DNA of 64,000 bases from Candidatus Latescibacterota bacterium (GTDB taxonomy: Bacteria; Latescibacterota; UBA2968). The stretch spans positions 2,176,001 to 2,240,000 of the forward strand of contig OZ240241.1 of the NCBI GenBank assembly GCA_965198115.1, written 5' to 3'. The translations under genes were made by a program, and so were the position numbers. Positions 45,033-56,009 of this stretch are shown here, piece after piece. Below the pieces are notes generated by a model. The model was given only the letters and a program-made list of their open reading frames with translations, searched no databases and was not told where the DNA came from. The number at the start of each line of letters is the position of its first letter. Positions within the stretch are counted from its first letter, which is position 1.

Positions 45033-47141
45033 CTAACCGCGACGTATTCCCTCTGATTCCACACAGTGGACCACCGCAACGTTCCAGGGCGGGATATAGA
45101 GTTCGAATTCGTTGCCAGCCCGTGCGATTTCTACGCCAGCGAGCAGATCGTCCACTCGGCCGGTCTGCCAGCGCGGCCGTAGCTTCACTCTAGCTGCTGC
45201 ACGTTCGAGATTGAATACGAAGATGAGCGCCCCGCCTTGGCGCGAACGCCGCACGACCGGCACGGCACGATTGCCTTCCACCACCACCGGCTGCTCGACC
45301 CCCGCCTCATTCGCCAGCCCGAGGGCGATGTCGGCGGCACCCACATCTCCAAACCCCGCCGAAAGAGTCAGGCCATACCAGGTGAAGCGTCCATCCGCGC
45401 TGCTCACCGCGAGCGTCTCGCTGCCGAGCGACGCAATCCCTTGTGTTCTCCCTAGTGGTTCCAGCACCGCGTACCCACACGGCGAGGTGATCGCCACTGG
45501 CCCGTAAGGCGTCTCCAGCACATTCCGACCCTGGGCAATATCGTGCGCGGTCACCGCTGAGAAATCTGCTACCCGCACCTCCAACCGTTCAGCGAACCTT
45601 TCGGGCGGACTGTAGCTCGACTGCCCGTCGGCCGAGTACAGACCAAAGCTGCCCTCCGCGATCAGACGCGTCTGAGGATTCTCGTCCAGGGTGCGTTCGA
45701 TCCGCGCCTGGGTTTCGTCGTCCATCAAGGTCACATTGGGGAGGAAGAGCAGGCGGTAGCCTGACCAATCAACGCGTGGCGTCACAATGTCGGCTGGGAT
45801 CCCGTGGCGCCACAACGTGCGATACACGCCGCGCAGATCGGCGTTGAACCGCTCGGTTTCATCGTTGAAACCGAACAGTTCCTGCGATTCGGGGTGGTAG
45901 ACGATGCCTACCTCTACGCGGGGACACGTCAGTGGCAGATGGTCCCGCAAGCTTTCGATCTGCGCGATAGCCTCGGCCACGGCATTGAAACGTTGCGTCG
46001 GTTGGCCGTCCAACGCCATCAAGTTGTAGCCTGGCGATTCGAAGCTGAGATACTCGGGCCGGTACTGCCAGAACATGGCGCCGGCCGCCCCTGCTGCCAG
46101 GGTCATCCACAACAGTGTGGTCAGTTCGCGCGGGTCTGACTGCTTCTTCCAGGTCACGCCGCCCCGCGACATGCCGGCGTAGATCTCCTCGTTCCACCAG
46201 CGGCCGTTGACGCCCAGAGCACGCGCGATATCGAAGCTGAAGGCACGCTCTGCGATCTGGTAGGGATCGTCCGAGGTAAGCAGGTTGTTGGACGACATGG
46301 ACATGCCCCAGCTATCCACCTGCCGGGCGCACTGCTCGTCCCAGGGCCGTGGCGTCGACGCAGCGTGCGCCCGAATCTCGTGGGTCGGATCGAGCTTGCG
46401 GGTCTCGTCGACCATCCACTGCAAGCGGTCAACTAGGTTTTCGTAGTGGAACCGGCGGTACATCAACATCTCGACCACGTTGTCATTGAAGCGCGGCGGC
46501 TCTACATCCTCCCAACGGCGATAGCGGCGCAGAAATCGAGCGTTCAACTCATCCAAGGTAAAATGAGCGCGCAACCAGTCCTTGTAGCGCGCAAGTGTGT
46601 GGTCACAGTAGCACGGAAATCCATCACCGGGCGAAATCGGACTTACCCCGTCCCACAGCCCCCAGATGAGTAGGTTGGGGCGGTCTTTGTAGCGCTCCAC
46701 TACGTGGCGCAGCAGACCGCCGCCGTACTCGAGCCAGGCGGGGTGGTCGTAGCAGTGGACGATGCCGCCTTGTGGATACGCCGCGTGTCCGTGGACCATG
46801 TATGGCCGGCCGTGCCGATCGACCGCGCGGATGTCGGGATGCTCGCGGGTCAACCACTCGGGACAGGCGCCGTGGGTCGCCAGGGTGATGTCCAGCCACA
46901 CGAACAACCCGTGCTTTTCTCCCAGCTCGAACAGGCGGTCGAAGTCGTCCAGTTCGTACAGGCCGGGGCGCGGTTCCATCCAGTTCCAGTAGCTGAAGCT
47001 GCGAACGATCCGCAGCCCGGCCGCGCGAATCCGTGCGAAGTCGTCGTCCCACTCGGCGAGCCTGGGGATCGGCCCTCGGTAGTACTCGACGCCGACTGGA
47101 AACGGGGTTTCAGGATGTAGCAGAAAATTCGCTTCAGACAC
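45033..47141 (-). CDS. Beta-galactosidase, GH42-like
   Basis: GVEYYR, WNWMEPRPG, CYCDH, FWQYR, trimerisation-like domain. Confidence 0.85.
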   Translation of the reverse strand: MSEANFLLHPETPFPVGVEYYRGPIPRLAEWDDDFARIRAAGLRIVRSFSYWNWMEPRPGLYELDDFDRLFELGEKHGLFVWLDITLATHGACPEWLTREHPDIRAVDRHGRPYMVHGHAAYPQGGIVHCYDHPAWLEYGGGLLRHVVERYKDRPNLLIWGLWDGVSPISPGDGFPCYCDHTLARYKDWLRAHFTLDELNARFLRRYRRWEDVEPPRFNDNVVEMLMYRRFHYENLVDRLQWMVDETRKLDPTHEIRAHAASTPRPWDEQCARQVDSWGMSMSSNNLLTSDDPYQIAERAFSFDIARALGVNGRWWNEEIYAGMSRGGVTWKKQSDPRELTTLLWMTLAAGAAGAMFWQYRPEYLSFESPGYNLMALDGQPTQRFNAVAEAIAQIESLRDHLPLTCPRVEVGIVYHPESQELFGFNDETERFNADLRGVYRTLWRHGIPADIVTPRVDWSGYRLLFLPNVTLMDDETQARIERTLDENPQTRLIAEGSFGLYSADGQSSYSPPERFAERLEVRVADFSAVTAHDIAQGRNVLETPYGPVAITSPCGYAVLEPLGRTQGIASLGSETLAVSSADGRFTWYGLTLSAGFGDVGAADIALGLANEAGVEQPVVVEGNRAVPVVRRSRQGGALIFVFNLERAAARVKLRPRWQTGRVDDLLAGVEIARAGNEFELYIPPWNVAVVHCVESEGIRRG

Positions 47142-47205
47142 GATCTACTCCACAGAATTGTACAAGGACGAAGGAACTTCACTAGTTGCCCGCCGCAGAC
47201 CCTGG

Positions 47206-48231
47206 TTACCGGTGCCGCTCCTCAAACACGCGCACCGCCGTCTGAACAGCCAGCATCGACGTCTTCACCCGATCGTCATACGGCCGTTTCGTTGTCGTCT
47301 CGATCGTGAACGCCGGGCCGTACTTTGCGGCGCCGAAGTCCGCGAGGTTCAGACCTTCGCCACGCTCCTTGGCGATCAGCCAGAAGGCGCCGTCCTGCCG
47401 CTTCTCGAAGAAGGACCCGGGCGGTTCGGGTTCCAACGGCTGCCCGGCGTCCCCCACGGCCTGGCTCATGGCGTCCGCCATCCGTTCTTCCCAGGCTTCG
47501 TCCTCGTCGTTGCGCTGGTGACGGGCAGAGTACCAGAACGCATCGCCGCCGCATTCGTGCAGGTCCATCGTGAGGCGGGGGTTGATCTCGGCCATCAAGT
47601 CGCGCGTGCATCGCGATTCTACAGGCGCCCACGCCGTGTCGTGGAATCGATTGATGTGCAGCACTTCGCCTTCAGGGCTGACGATGAGGGTGTATGCCCG
47701 CTGATACGGTCCGGCGTCTTCGTGCGGCTCGAATCGGGAAGGGAAGTAGATCCGTCGGCCCTTCAATGGTTCAAGAAACAACTCGCCGGTTTCGAACTGT
47801 CCGTAGAGGCCGACGGTCGAGTAGCCGTATTCGCCGATCAGAACCAGCACCACATCGTCCTTCTCGTAGAGCAGCTCTCCACGATCCTTCAGGAATCCAC
47901 CGAGATCATCCAGAGAAGGCAGCGAGGGCTCCTCACCGAGACTCAGGCTCAAGACGTAGCCGTATCCATTGATTCCCATCGGATCGCGATTGGGAATCAC
48001 GTAGACCTGGTGGTCCGTCTCGAGCTCGTCGATCAGGGCGACGGCCGCCCCGACGCCCGCCTGTTCCCAGGAATGACTGCCGGCGCTGATGAAGATCGCC
48101 GGCTCTTTGTCTCCTCCCGTCTTGACGCTGACGATGGGCGCACCGTCCGGTGCGTGACCGAGCGTGGTCAGTTTATGTCCCCTGCTCTCGATCCAATCCA
48201 GCAGGTCCTGATGCCGGTCGAAGATCTTCAT
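47206..48231 (-). CDS. M14-family zinc carboxypeptidase-like protein
   Basis: AGSHSWE (HxxE), MDLHE, FTIET. Confidence 0.78.
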   Translation of the reverse strand: MKIFDRHQDLLDWIESRGHKLTTLGHAPDGAPIVSVKTGGDKEPAIFISAGSHSWEQAGVGAAVALIDELETDHQVYVIPNRDPMGINGYGYVLSLSLGEEPSLPSLDDLGGFLKDRGELLYEKDDVVLVLIGEYGYSTVGLYGQFETGELFLEPLKGRRIYFPSRFEPHEDAGPYQRAYTLIVSPEGEVLHINRFHDTAWAPVESRCTRDLMAEINPRLTMDLHECGGDAFWYSARHQRNDEDEAWEERMADAMSQAVGDAGQPLEPEPPGSFFEKRQDGAFWLIAKERGEGLNLADFGAAKYGPAFTIETTTKRPYDDRVKTSMLAVQTAVRVFEERHR

Positions 48232-48426
48232 GGGTTTACCTCGAGTAAGCTGTTTCCGGTCTGTACTCGGTTGATGGTCGAAACCGAAGAAAAATAATCC
48301 CCGCCGGGGAATCGCACCAGGCGGGTTCTCATGTCGAACCGAAGGCTGGGTTTGTGAATCCCTTTTTCACACAGCGGGGTCCGCCCCCATCCTACCTACC
48401 CGCGGCTCGCCGCTCCTCGCGAATGA

Positions 48427-49404
48427 CTAGCCGTTCCGCCGCTTCAGGAGCTCGACCGCCTCGGTCGCGCCGCCGAACTCAGCCCACCCGAGCGGCGTCC
48501 CTCCGTGCAAGCCATCCACGACCGTCCAATCGGCGCTTCGATCGAGCAGCAGCTCCAGACACCCGATCGCGTTGTGCTGCGCCGCCAGATGCATCGCGAC
48601 GGCGTCGACCCCGTGTTCTTCCCCCCCGAAGCCGTGGCGCAGATCGGGGTCGGCTCCGTGGTCCAGAAGCCACGTAGCGGCCTCGACCTTGTCCGCATAG
48701 CAGGCCCAGAGTAGCGGCGTTCCTCGAAACGGGTTCGCGTTGACGTTCGCTACCAGAGACACGAGCGCCGCCATCGATTCACACTGATTGTTTCGCGAGG
48801 CCCAGGTCAGCGCCTCGTCGAGGACTTCCTGACGGTCTTTCCTGCGATCCCACACCGGAAAGAACACCGGCGCGTAGAAATCCAGGCCCGAGTACGCCTG
48901 CCCGGTCAACTCCTGTCCGTCGACGAACCGGTCGATCTCCGCACCAAGCGCCGCCGCGGCACGGAGATTGTCGGGGTGCACCGGCTTCATCACGTCGCCC
49001 ATATACGCTTTGGCGTAAAAGAGCGCATACGAGAGCGGCGATCCGCCCTCCTTGCCGTGGGCCTCGGCCATGACCGAGGCGCCGGCCTCGATCAGACGCC
49101 GTGCCAGGTCCGTGTGGCCCGCCATGCCTGCCGTATGCAGCGGCGTCCAGCCGTCGTGATCCGGCACGTTCGGATCGGCACCCGCGCGCAGGATCATGTC
49201 GACCGCCGCGTGCTGCTCGGAAGTCCCGGGGTCCAGAGGGATCGCGATATCGCCGGTCGCTGCCCGACAGGCCAGGTCGAGCAGCGTTCGGCCGTCGTCG
49301 TCGCGGTCGCCCAGGATCTCCCGCGACTGCAGGGCCCTTTCAAGCCCTTCGAGGTCGCCGCGATGTGCGGCCTCAGCGGCCTCTGACACACGGCGTTCCG
49401 ACAT
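48427..49404 (-). CDS. Ankyrin repeat protein
   Basis: GWTPLHTA, GTPLLWA, GTPLGWA repeats. Confidence 0.9.
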   Translation of the reverse strand: MSERRVSEAAEAAHRGDLEGLERALQSREILGDRDDDGRTLLDLACRAATGDIAIPLDPGTSEQHAAVDMILRAGADPNVPDHDGWTPLHTAGMAGHTDLARRLIEAGASVMAEAHGKEGGSPLSYALFYAKAYMGDVMKPVHPDNLRAAAALGAEIDRFVDGQELTGQAYSGLDFYAPVFFPVWDRRKDRQEVLDEALTWASRNNQCESMAALVSLVANVNANPFRGTPLLWACYADKVEAATWLLDHGADPDLRHGFGGEEHGVDAVAMHLAAQHNAIGCLELLLDRSADWTVVDGLHGGTPLGWAEFGGATEAVELLKRRNG

Positions 49405-49450
49405 AGGAAATTCCCCGCGAATGTGAAGATCTATATACGGTGGAAGACCT

Positions 49451-50160
49451 TCACATCTTCTCTCTCCAAATCTCCAATTGCTCCTTGACTACCTCTCGCA
49501 CCTCGGGCAAATCCTTCAGCACCCGCAGGTCACCCCACACCAGACTCCCGTCGCCGAATTCAAGCGCGATCTCCAGTTCTTTCCGCGTCCGTTCCGCCGA
49601 CCTCGGAAAGGTTGTTCGCATCCCGATGAACGGCACGAACCGGTTCCGCTCCGGATCCTCCAACCGCTTGTGCTCACTCGCCTCGAACCTGACGTGCTCC
49701 AGATGCCAGACCGGTGGGTAGAACCATGAAATCGTCTGACTGCAATAGTCGAGCTTCAGCCGATGGCCATACATCTCGTTCGGCTGGTAGGGCGGCCAAA
49801 CGTGATTCATCACGATCGCGTCCGGGTTGGTGCCCTTCGCGTGATCGTACAGCATCTCGCTGATCTCGACGAGCGCCTCTTCGCCGGCAATCGCCATGAC
49901 TTCGGAGTCGGATGTGCCTGGTTGAAGTTGTTTCAGCGTATCTCGCCGCTTCATCGAGTTCGGGTTGAAGCAGGCGTACATGTTGCGATATCCGAACCCG
50001 TCCGGAAGATGCCGTCCGCGCGTGCAAGAGCGTCCGACACGCGTTGTTTCAGAATCTCACGCGCCTCCTCGTCATCATAGCAGAGAAAGGGTCGATCGTG
50101 GAGGACCGGATGCCATCGATACGTCTGCGTGAAGCGGAGCTCGCGCCACTCGTCGGCGCG
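49451..50160 (-). pseudogene. C-terminal part of a glycoside hydrolase-like protein, frameshift near 50004
   Basis: PFLCYDDEEAREIL...ADGIF/DGFGYRNMYACF; no N-terminus visible. Confidence 0.5.
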
Positions 50161-50391
50161 ATCGATCCTCCGGATGACCGGGCCAACGGCTACATCCCCC
50201 GACTGATGTGGCTCGTGAAGGAGGCGACGGATCGCGATCCCGAAGCCTTCGAGACCGCCTGCGTCGAGTGGCGCGCGAAACGGGACGCCACACCCGATCG
50301 TCCGTTCATCGAGCGGCCCGACATGCTCGGACCCGATGGATCGTCCTACAGGTCGCTTGGATTGATGCTACCCGAATCGTCCGAAGAGTGA
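50109..50391 (+). pseudogene. Probable C-terminal fragment of unknown protein
   Basis: Coding-like frame ending LPESSEE*; no RBS; overlaps the opposite-strand fragment. Confidence 0.35.
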
Positions 50392-50526
50392 TGACCGAGA
50401 CGTACCCGTTTCTGGTTGAAGGAAAACCGTCTGCGTCAATTGGTCAGCATCGTCGAAGCTTCGCTCGGCGAAGAACGATTGGCCTCGAAGCGCAAGAGCG
50501 CAGGAGCACCCCCACAACCCCGTCAT

Positions 50527-51612
50527 TTAGGAAGTACGCGGAAACAGCTCGTAATCAAGCGCTTCCTGGTAGCTCTGGGCTCTCCCCGACTGGTCGCCGC
50601 CCAGCCAGCGGTAGGGCCGCGGATAGAGCGTCAGCGAGCGGTTCTCCAGGGGCAGCTTAAGGGGCGCGCTGCCCCACAGAGCCGAGTACTTGGCAGCAAT
50701 GGCCGCCTCCAGCGACTGCCTCAGGTCGTGGCCCGAGATATAGAGCTCGCCGCCCTTTTCAATCGCGTCCAGAAGGGACAGGATGGACGTGCCCATATAG
50801 GTGAAGCGGGGGTATTGCAGCGGCGTATAGGGCCGCTTGACCCGAATGCGGGCGCCACTTGGGTCAAAGCCCTGGTAAATTTCGGGCGGGGCCCAATCCC
50901 AGCGGACCAGGCTGTCGTCGCTCCAAACCTCTACGCCCCGGCCCGGAGTCGGTTGCCCGAAGACCGGGCAGGTAAGGCCGTTGTCGAGGCGGAATTGGCC
51001 GTTGATGATCAGGCCTTCATCGCTGTCGCCGTGCAGGGCTTCCGCGGGGCTGCCCCAGGCGATCACCTCGGCGATCTCGGCCTGGGCGAGGAGTCGCAGA
51101 ACAGCGATGTGCTGGCAGCCGCCGCCCGAAATTTCGCCGCCCCAGCCGTGTACGCTGGCCCCGCGCAAGAGACCGTAATCGCCGGCTTTGAGCCAGGCGC
51201 CCGCCTCCTGCACTTCGCCCATGGCCCGCTGCAGGTTACCCCCGGCAAAGACCACGCCGCGCTGCTGGCATTCGTCGACCATAGCGTCAACGTCGGACAG
51301 CCGTGCTTCAATGGGTTTGTCGGTGGAGACGCCTTTGACGCCGGCCTGGGCCGAGGCGATGACCGCCTCTTTGATGTACTTGCCGGGCAGGACCACGGCG
51401 GCGATGTCCAGGGTCATTTCGCGATACAGGGCCTGGACGTCTTCGAACAGGTTTTTTATGCCAAAGCGCTCGCCCAGGGCCCGGCGGCGTTCGAGGTTGA
51501 TTTCGGCGACGGCGACCACTTCGGTATTGGGCAAGGTCTGGTAGACTTCTATATAGTGCTGACCTAACCGGCCGCCGCCGATAATGGCCACTGAATATTT
51601 AGCCTCGGACAT
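50527..51612 (-). CDS. Gfo/Idh/MocA oxidoreductase
   Basis: AIIGGGRLG, DKPI; AGAAGGAGG RBS. Confidence 0.88.
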   Translation of the reverse strand: MSEAKYSVAIIGGGRLGQHYIEVYQTLPNTEVVAVAEINLERRRALGERFGIKNLFEDVQALYREMTLDIAAVVLPGKYIKEAVIASAQAGVKGVSTDKPIEARLSDVDAMVDECQQRGVVFAGGNLQRAMGEVQEAGAWLKAGDYGLLRGASVHGWGGEISGGGCQHIAVLRLLAQAEIAEVIAWGSPAEALHGDSDEGLIINGQFRLDNGLTCPVFGQPTPGRGVEVWSDDSLVRWDWAPPEIYQGFDPSGARIRVKRPYTPLQYPRFTYMGTSILSLLDAIEKGGELYISGHDLRQSLEAAIAAKYSALWGSAPLKLPLENRSLTLYPRPYRWLGGDQSGRAQSYQEALDYELFPRTS

Positions 51613-51834
51613 GATCCCTCCTTCTCATTGCCAATTGCGTACACCTCCAGGTGGGCTATCCGCGTCTGCAATCTATGGGCGGAACCCGGATACTTACTGG
51701 CGCTCCTCTTCGGGGAACTGGGAGCGGAACGACGTGGTATCAGCAGGCGTAATCCAATCCGGTCTGGGGAAGGGGGCGTGAGGATTTCCTAACGCCCGTA
51801 TTTTTCGTTTGTTCTCCCCAACAACTGACGATGT

Positions 51835-53292
51835 CTACCGGAACTGGAAGGAGTAGAGTTTCGCGTTCTTGAAGTAAAACCGCAGCTTGACCGCCTTGCC
51901 TTCCAGCCGGCTCAGATCCGAGCTGCCGTTCCACGACGCCACCTGGTCGAGGTCGCCGTCCGTGATCGGGTCGGTGTCTTCGAACGCGTATCCCTGAATG
52001 TAATCGTGATACGGTTCCAGGACCTCGACCCGGACCTCGCAGAGCCCGGCGCCTCCGTGCTGGGGAGCCGCCACGACGTTGAGGTGGAGCTGTGAGCCGG
52101 TGAACGAGAACGAGCGGGTAACCAGCTCGCTGTACTGAGCGAAGTGCGGTCGCCCGAGCGGCGGGTCCCCCGCCAGTGCCTTGGTGCCGTCGACCGACAC
52201 AAACCCGTCCAACCGGCTGACCGCCAGCCCGATGGCCGTCTGGGCACGGTCGCCCAGCTCGATCAACGTGTCGTGTGAGCGCCAGTTGTGTCCGTTGTAA
52301 AAGGTGTAGATGAGGTCGCCAACGACGATTGGTGCGCTGGCAAAGACCGAAACCGAGTCGAAATCGCTTCCGCCCCCTCTTTCGATGAACGGCTGGCGGT
52401 AGTTCCTCTGGTAGTGGATCCCATTGCGGCTGAATACGACCTCCGGATGATGAGTCGTGTTCGTGGTCCGGAAGATCCACAGAAGCCCCACGTACAAACC
52501 CTCGTACGCCACACAGGGCATGCCGTAAAACTCGGTGTCGGGCGGGTCTTGCGTGTCAGGCACCAGGATGGTCTCGGGCTCGCTCCAGGCGATACCATCG
52601 GGGCTCTCGGACCTGCCGATCAGGCGCTTGCCCAAGGGGGAACGTCGGTGACGGCTGTTCTCCGGGTGGACGGCGTAGACCTCCCGGATCGGGTCCCAGC
52701 CCATAAATAAGGTCGGTCCCCAGCGGCCGATTTTCGGAGACGTGTCGATGATCGGATTGCCGTCATACGGTGTCCAGGACTTGAAGTCCGGCGAGAAGTG
52801 GAGATCGAACCTCATGCCCGGCGTTCTCGTGTCCCCTGTTCTGACGTGTCCTCGGAACTTCTTGTCCTCATCCACCGCATTGGGATCGGGATACGTGTAC
52901 TGCATCAGCCAGTCTTTCGGCAAAATGTTGTTCTGCTTCGATCCCTCGAACTCGACCTCGCCCACGATCGGCTTCTCCCATTCCATGCCGTCTTTGGAGA
53001 ACGCCAAACAGGTTCGGGTCCCGCCCTCTTCTTCCATGATCACTTCATCTTTGACACGCCTCGCCTTCCACACTCTCGTGGAGTAGCGCATCTCGAAACG
53101 TCCGGCCTCGTCGTCCCACCACACGCTGTCTACGCTGAAGTGGCTTCCTTCCCAGGGGTGCTCTGCCCGCAGCACGGGATTGCCGGCCACCTTTTCGGCC
53201 CGATTCATCGTCTGCACGCAGTTGCTGGTGCTTTCGATCAGGTAGTCGTCTACGAAGAGTTGTTTCTGCGAACCGATGTCGATCAAAGCCAT
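51835..53292 (-). CDS. Hypothetical beta-propeller glycoside hydrolase-like protein, paralog A
   Basis: QLFVDDYLI, SKDGMEWEKP and SRNGIHY Asp-box-like motifs, RLDGFVS, KLYSFQF. Confidence 0.75.
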   Translation of the reverse strand: MALIDIGSQKQLFVDDYLIESTSNCVQTMNRAEKVAGNPVLRAEHPWEGSHFSVDSVWWDDEAGRFEMRYSTRVWKARRVKDEVIMEEEGGTRTCLAFSKDGMEWEKPIVGEVEFEGSKQNNILPKDWLMQYTYPDPNAVDEDKKFRGHVRTGDTRTPGMRFDLHFSPDFKSWTPYDGNPIIDTSPKIGRWGPTLFMGWDPIREVYAVHPENSRHRRSPLGKRLIGRSESPDGIAWSEPETILVPDTQDPPDTEFYGMPCVAYEGLYVGLLWIFRTTNTTHHPEVVFSRNGIHYQRNYRQPFIERGGGSDFDSVSVFASAPIVVGDLIYTFYNGHNWRSHDTLIELGDRAQTAIGLAVSRLDGFVSVDGTKALAGDPPLGRPHFAQYSELVTRSFSFTGSQLHLNVVAAPQHGGAGLCEVRVEVLEPYHDYIQGYAFEDTDPITDGDLDQVASWNGSSDLSRLEGKAVKLRFYFKNAKLYSFQFR

Positions 53293-53368
53293 CTCTCGGC
53301 CCTTGGCAAAGAAGATATGGGAATTTCGGGACGCCGTGTAAGCCGCCGTTTATATGTCCGTAGGCAGC

Positions 53369-54469
53369 CTAGAGATTGAAGAGCTTTTTCGCCGTACCTC
53401 CGATGATGTTCTGGATGTCTTCATCGGAAAGCAGGCCCTGGCAGTGAACCCTGAAGGCATCGAGGGTCTGGCGGTAGTTGCAGAATCGCTCGACGTTCGG
53501 CATATCCGTACCCCACATCAACCGATCCGAACCCAGGGTCTCGACAATCTGCACAATGGTGGGATGGAGCTCGGTGTAGGGGTAGTCGAATACATTCCCG
53601 AGCATAATGTGAAATAGCAGCTGGAGCTTAGCGGCTGAGTCTCTGAATGGCCCGAAGACGACGTCTGGGAGGTCGAGCCGGTTGCCCTCGAGAAACATGC
53701 GAAACGGGAAGCCGTGGGTGAGCACACACGGTACCTCGGGATAGCGCTCGAGCCAGCCGGCCCAGATCTCGAGCTGGGACACATAATCGTCCAAGGTGCG
53801 ACCGGGACAGGGCGGGAAGATGGTGAACATGATCGGCTTACCCAGTGCTGTCACGCCTTCCCAAAACGGACGACACGCGTCAGAGTCCCACGATTCGGCG
53901 ACGCCGTACCGAAACCGGCTGGTGACCATGAATTGCAGTCCGTGTAACCCTCGCTGGTAGCTTCTTTCGACCTCGGCCAGCTGTCCTTCCGGGTCGTTTT
54001 CTATCTCCCATTCCGGGATGCAAACCAACGCCATCAACCGATCCGGATACTTCCGCACACATTCGGCATGATAGTCATTGAGCAGACCGAGTACGGCGTT
54101 GACGTGCAACAACGCGCGATCGACGCCTACGTAGTCCATCTGCGCCACGAGCATGTCGGGGGAATGCGACAGATCGACCATGTAGGGCGGCAGATACTGC
54201 TTGGCGTAGTCCACCCCATCCACGGTCCACTCGAATCGACCGTAATCACCCGCTCGGAAGTCGACGTCCTTCAACCCCTCTAGTGTGTTGTCTTGCGGAT
54301 CCGCGAGAAGGCTGTTGTCACCGGCCTGCACTCGATCGTGCAACCGCCATACCGGCTGGTGATGGTCGGCCATCTCTCGCTGCAGAATGCGTAGATGCTC
54401 CTCCACGGTGGCGAGGCCGTTTGCCTCGCCCAACGGCGGATAACAGTAAGCATGACTGTCGATGATCAT
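53369..54469 (-). CDS. Amidohydrolase family (amidohydro_2)
   Basis: IIDSHAY, RLMWGTDMP, IIGGTAKKLF. Confidence 0.88.
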   Translation of the reverse strand: MIIDSHAYCYPPLGEANGLATVEEHLRILQREMADHHQPVWRLHDRVQAGDNSLLADPQDNTLEGLKDVDFRAGDYGRFEWTVDGVDYAKQYLPPYMVDLSHSPDMLVAQMDYVGVDRALLHVNAVLGLLNDYHAECVRKYPDRLMALVCIPEWEIENDPEGQLAEVERSYQRGLHGLQFMVTSRFRYGVAESWDSDACRPFWEGVTALGKPIMFTIFPPCPGRTLDDYVSQLEIWAGWLERYPEVPCVLTHGFPFRMFLEGNRLDLPDVVFGPFRDSAAKLQLLFHIMLGNVFDYPYTELHPTIVQIVETLGSDRLMWGTDMPNVERFCNYRQTLDAFRVHCQGLLSDEDIQNIIGGTAKKLFNL

Positions 54470-54554
54470 CGTCTGCGATTCCTCGAGTGAGCCTGCCGCG
54501 ACCGAGTTCTGGACGCGACCGTTTCCCCCTTATTTCCAAGCAAGGGACGATTTT

Positions 54555-56009
54555 CTACCGGAACTGGTAGGAGTACAGCTTCGCGTTCTTGAAGTAGAAC
54601 CGCAGCTTGACCGCCTTGCCCTCCAGCCGGCTCAGATCTGAGCTGCCGCTCCACGACGCCACCTGGTCGAGGCCGCCCTCCGTGATCGGGTCAGCGTCTT
54701 CGAACGCGAATCCCGGAATGTAGTCGTGATACGGCTCCAGGATCTCGACCCGGACCTCACACGGTCCGGCGCCTCCGTGCTGGGGTGCCGAGGCCATGTT
54801 CAGATGAAGCTGCGCTCCGGTGAACGAGAAGGAGCGGGTCACCAGCTCGCTGTACTCAGCGAAGTGAGGCCGGCCGAGCGGCGGGTCCCCCGCCAGGGCC
54901 TTGGTGCCGTCGAACGACACAAACCCGTCCAACCGGCTAACGGCCAACCCGATCGCCGCCTGGGCACGATCGCCCAGCTCGATCAATGTGTCGTGGGATC
55001 GCCAGTTGCGTCCGTTGTAGAACGTATAGATCCCCTCGCCAACCACGACCGATTCTTTAGCATACACCGAAACCGAGTCGAAATCGCTCCCGCCCCCGCG
55101 TTCGATGAACGGCTGGCGGTAGTTCCTCTGGTAGTGGATCCCATCGCGGCTGAACACGACCTCCGGATGATGCGTCGTGTTCGTAGTTCGGAAAATCCAC
55201 AGAAGCCCTACGTAGAGACCCTCGTAGGCCATGCAGGGCATGCTGTAGAACTCGGTGTCCGGCGGGTCTTGCGCGTCGGGCACGAGGATCGTCTCAGGCT
55301 CGCTCCAGACGATGCCGTCCGGGCTCTCGGACCTGCCGATCAGACGCTTGCCCAGCGGGGAACGTCGGTGTCGGCTGTTCTCCATGTGAACGACATACAC
55401 TTCCCGGATCGGGTCCCATCCCATGAACGAGGTCGGTCCCCAGCGCCCGATCTTCGGAGACGTGTCGATGATCGGATTGCTGTCATACGGCCTCCAGGAC
55501 TTGAAGTCCGGCGAGAAGTAGAGATCGAACGTCATGCCCGGCGTCCGCGTGTCCCCCGTCCTGACGTGTCCACGGAACCTCTTGTCATCACCCGCGTTGG
55601 GATCTGGATACGTGTAGCCCATCAACCAGTCCTGCGGCAGAATGTTATTCTGCTTCGAGCCCTCGTACTCGACCTCGCCTACGACCGGCTTCTTCCATTC
55701 GATGCCGTCTTCTGAGACCGCCAGACAGGTTCGGGTCCCGTCCTCTTCTTCCAGGAGCACTTCGTCTTTGACGCGCCTCGCCTTCCAAACCCTCGCCGAA
55801 TAGCGCATCTCGAAACGACCGGCCTCGTCGTCCCACCACACGTTGTCCACGATGAGGTGGCGTCCTTCCCACGGATGCTCGGACCGCAGCACGGGATTGC
55901 CGGCCGCCTTCTCGGCCCGATTCATCGTCCGCACACAGTTGCTCGTACTCTCGATCAGGTAGTCGTCAACGAAGAACTGTTTCTGCGAAGCGATGTTGAT
56001 CAACGCCAT
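54555..56009 (-). CDS. Hypothetical beta-propeller glycoside hydrolase-like protein, paralog B
   Basis: Aligns end to end with 51835-53292. Confidence 0.75.
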   Translation of the reverse strand: MALINIASQKQFFVDDYLIESTSNCVRTMNRAEKAAGNPVLRSEHPWEGRHLIVDNVWWDDEAGRFEMRYSARVWKARRVKDEVLLEEEDGTRTCLAVSEDGIEWKKPVVGEVEYEGSKQNNILPQDWLMGYTYPDPNAGDDKRFRGHVRTGDTRTPGMTFDLYFSPDFKSWRPYDSNPIIDTSPKIGRWGPTSFMGWDPIREVYVVHMENSRHRRSPLGKRLIGRSESPDGIVWSEPETILVPDAQDPPDTEFYSMPCMAYEGLYVGLLWIFRTTNTTHHPEVVFSRDGIHYQRNYRQPFIERGGGSDFDSVSVYAKESVVVGEGIYTFYNGRNWRSHDTLIELGDRAQAAIGLAVSRLDGFVSFDGTKALAGDPPLGRPHFAEYSELVTRSFSFTGAQLHLNMASAPQHGGAGPCEVRVEILEPYHDYIPGFAFEDADPITEGGLDQVASWSGSSDLSRLEGKAVKLRFYFKNAKLYSYQFR

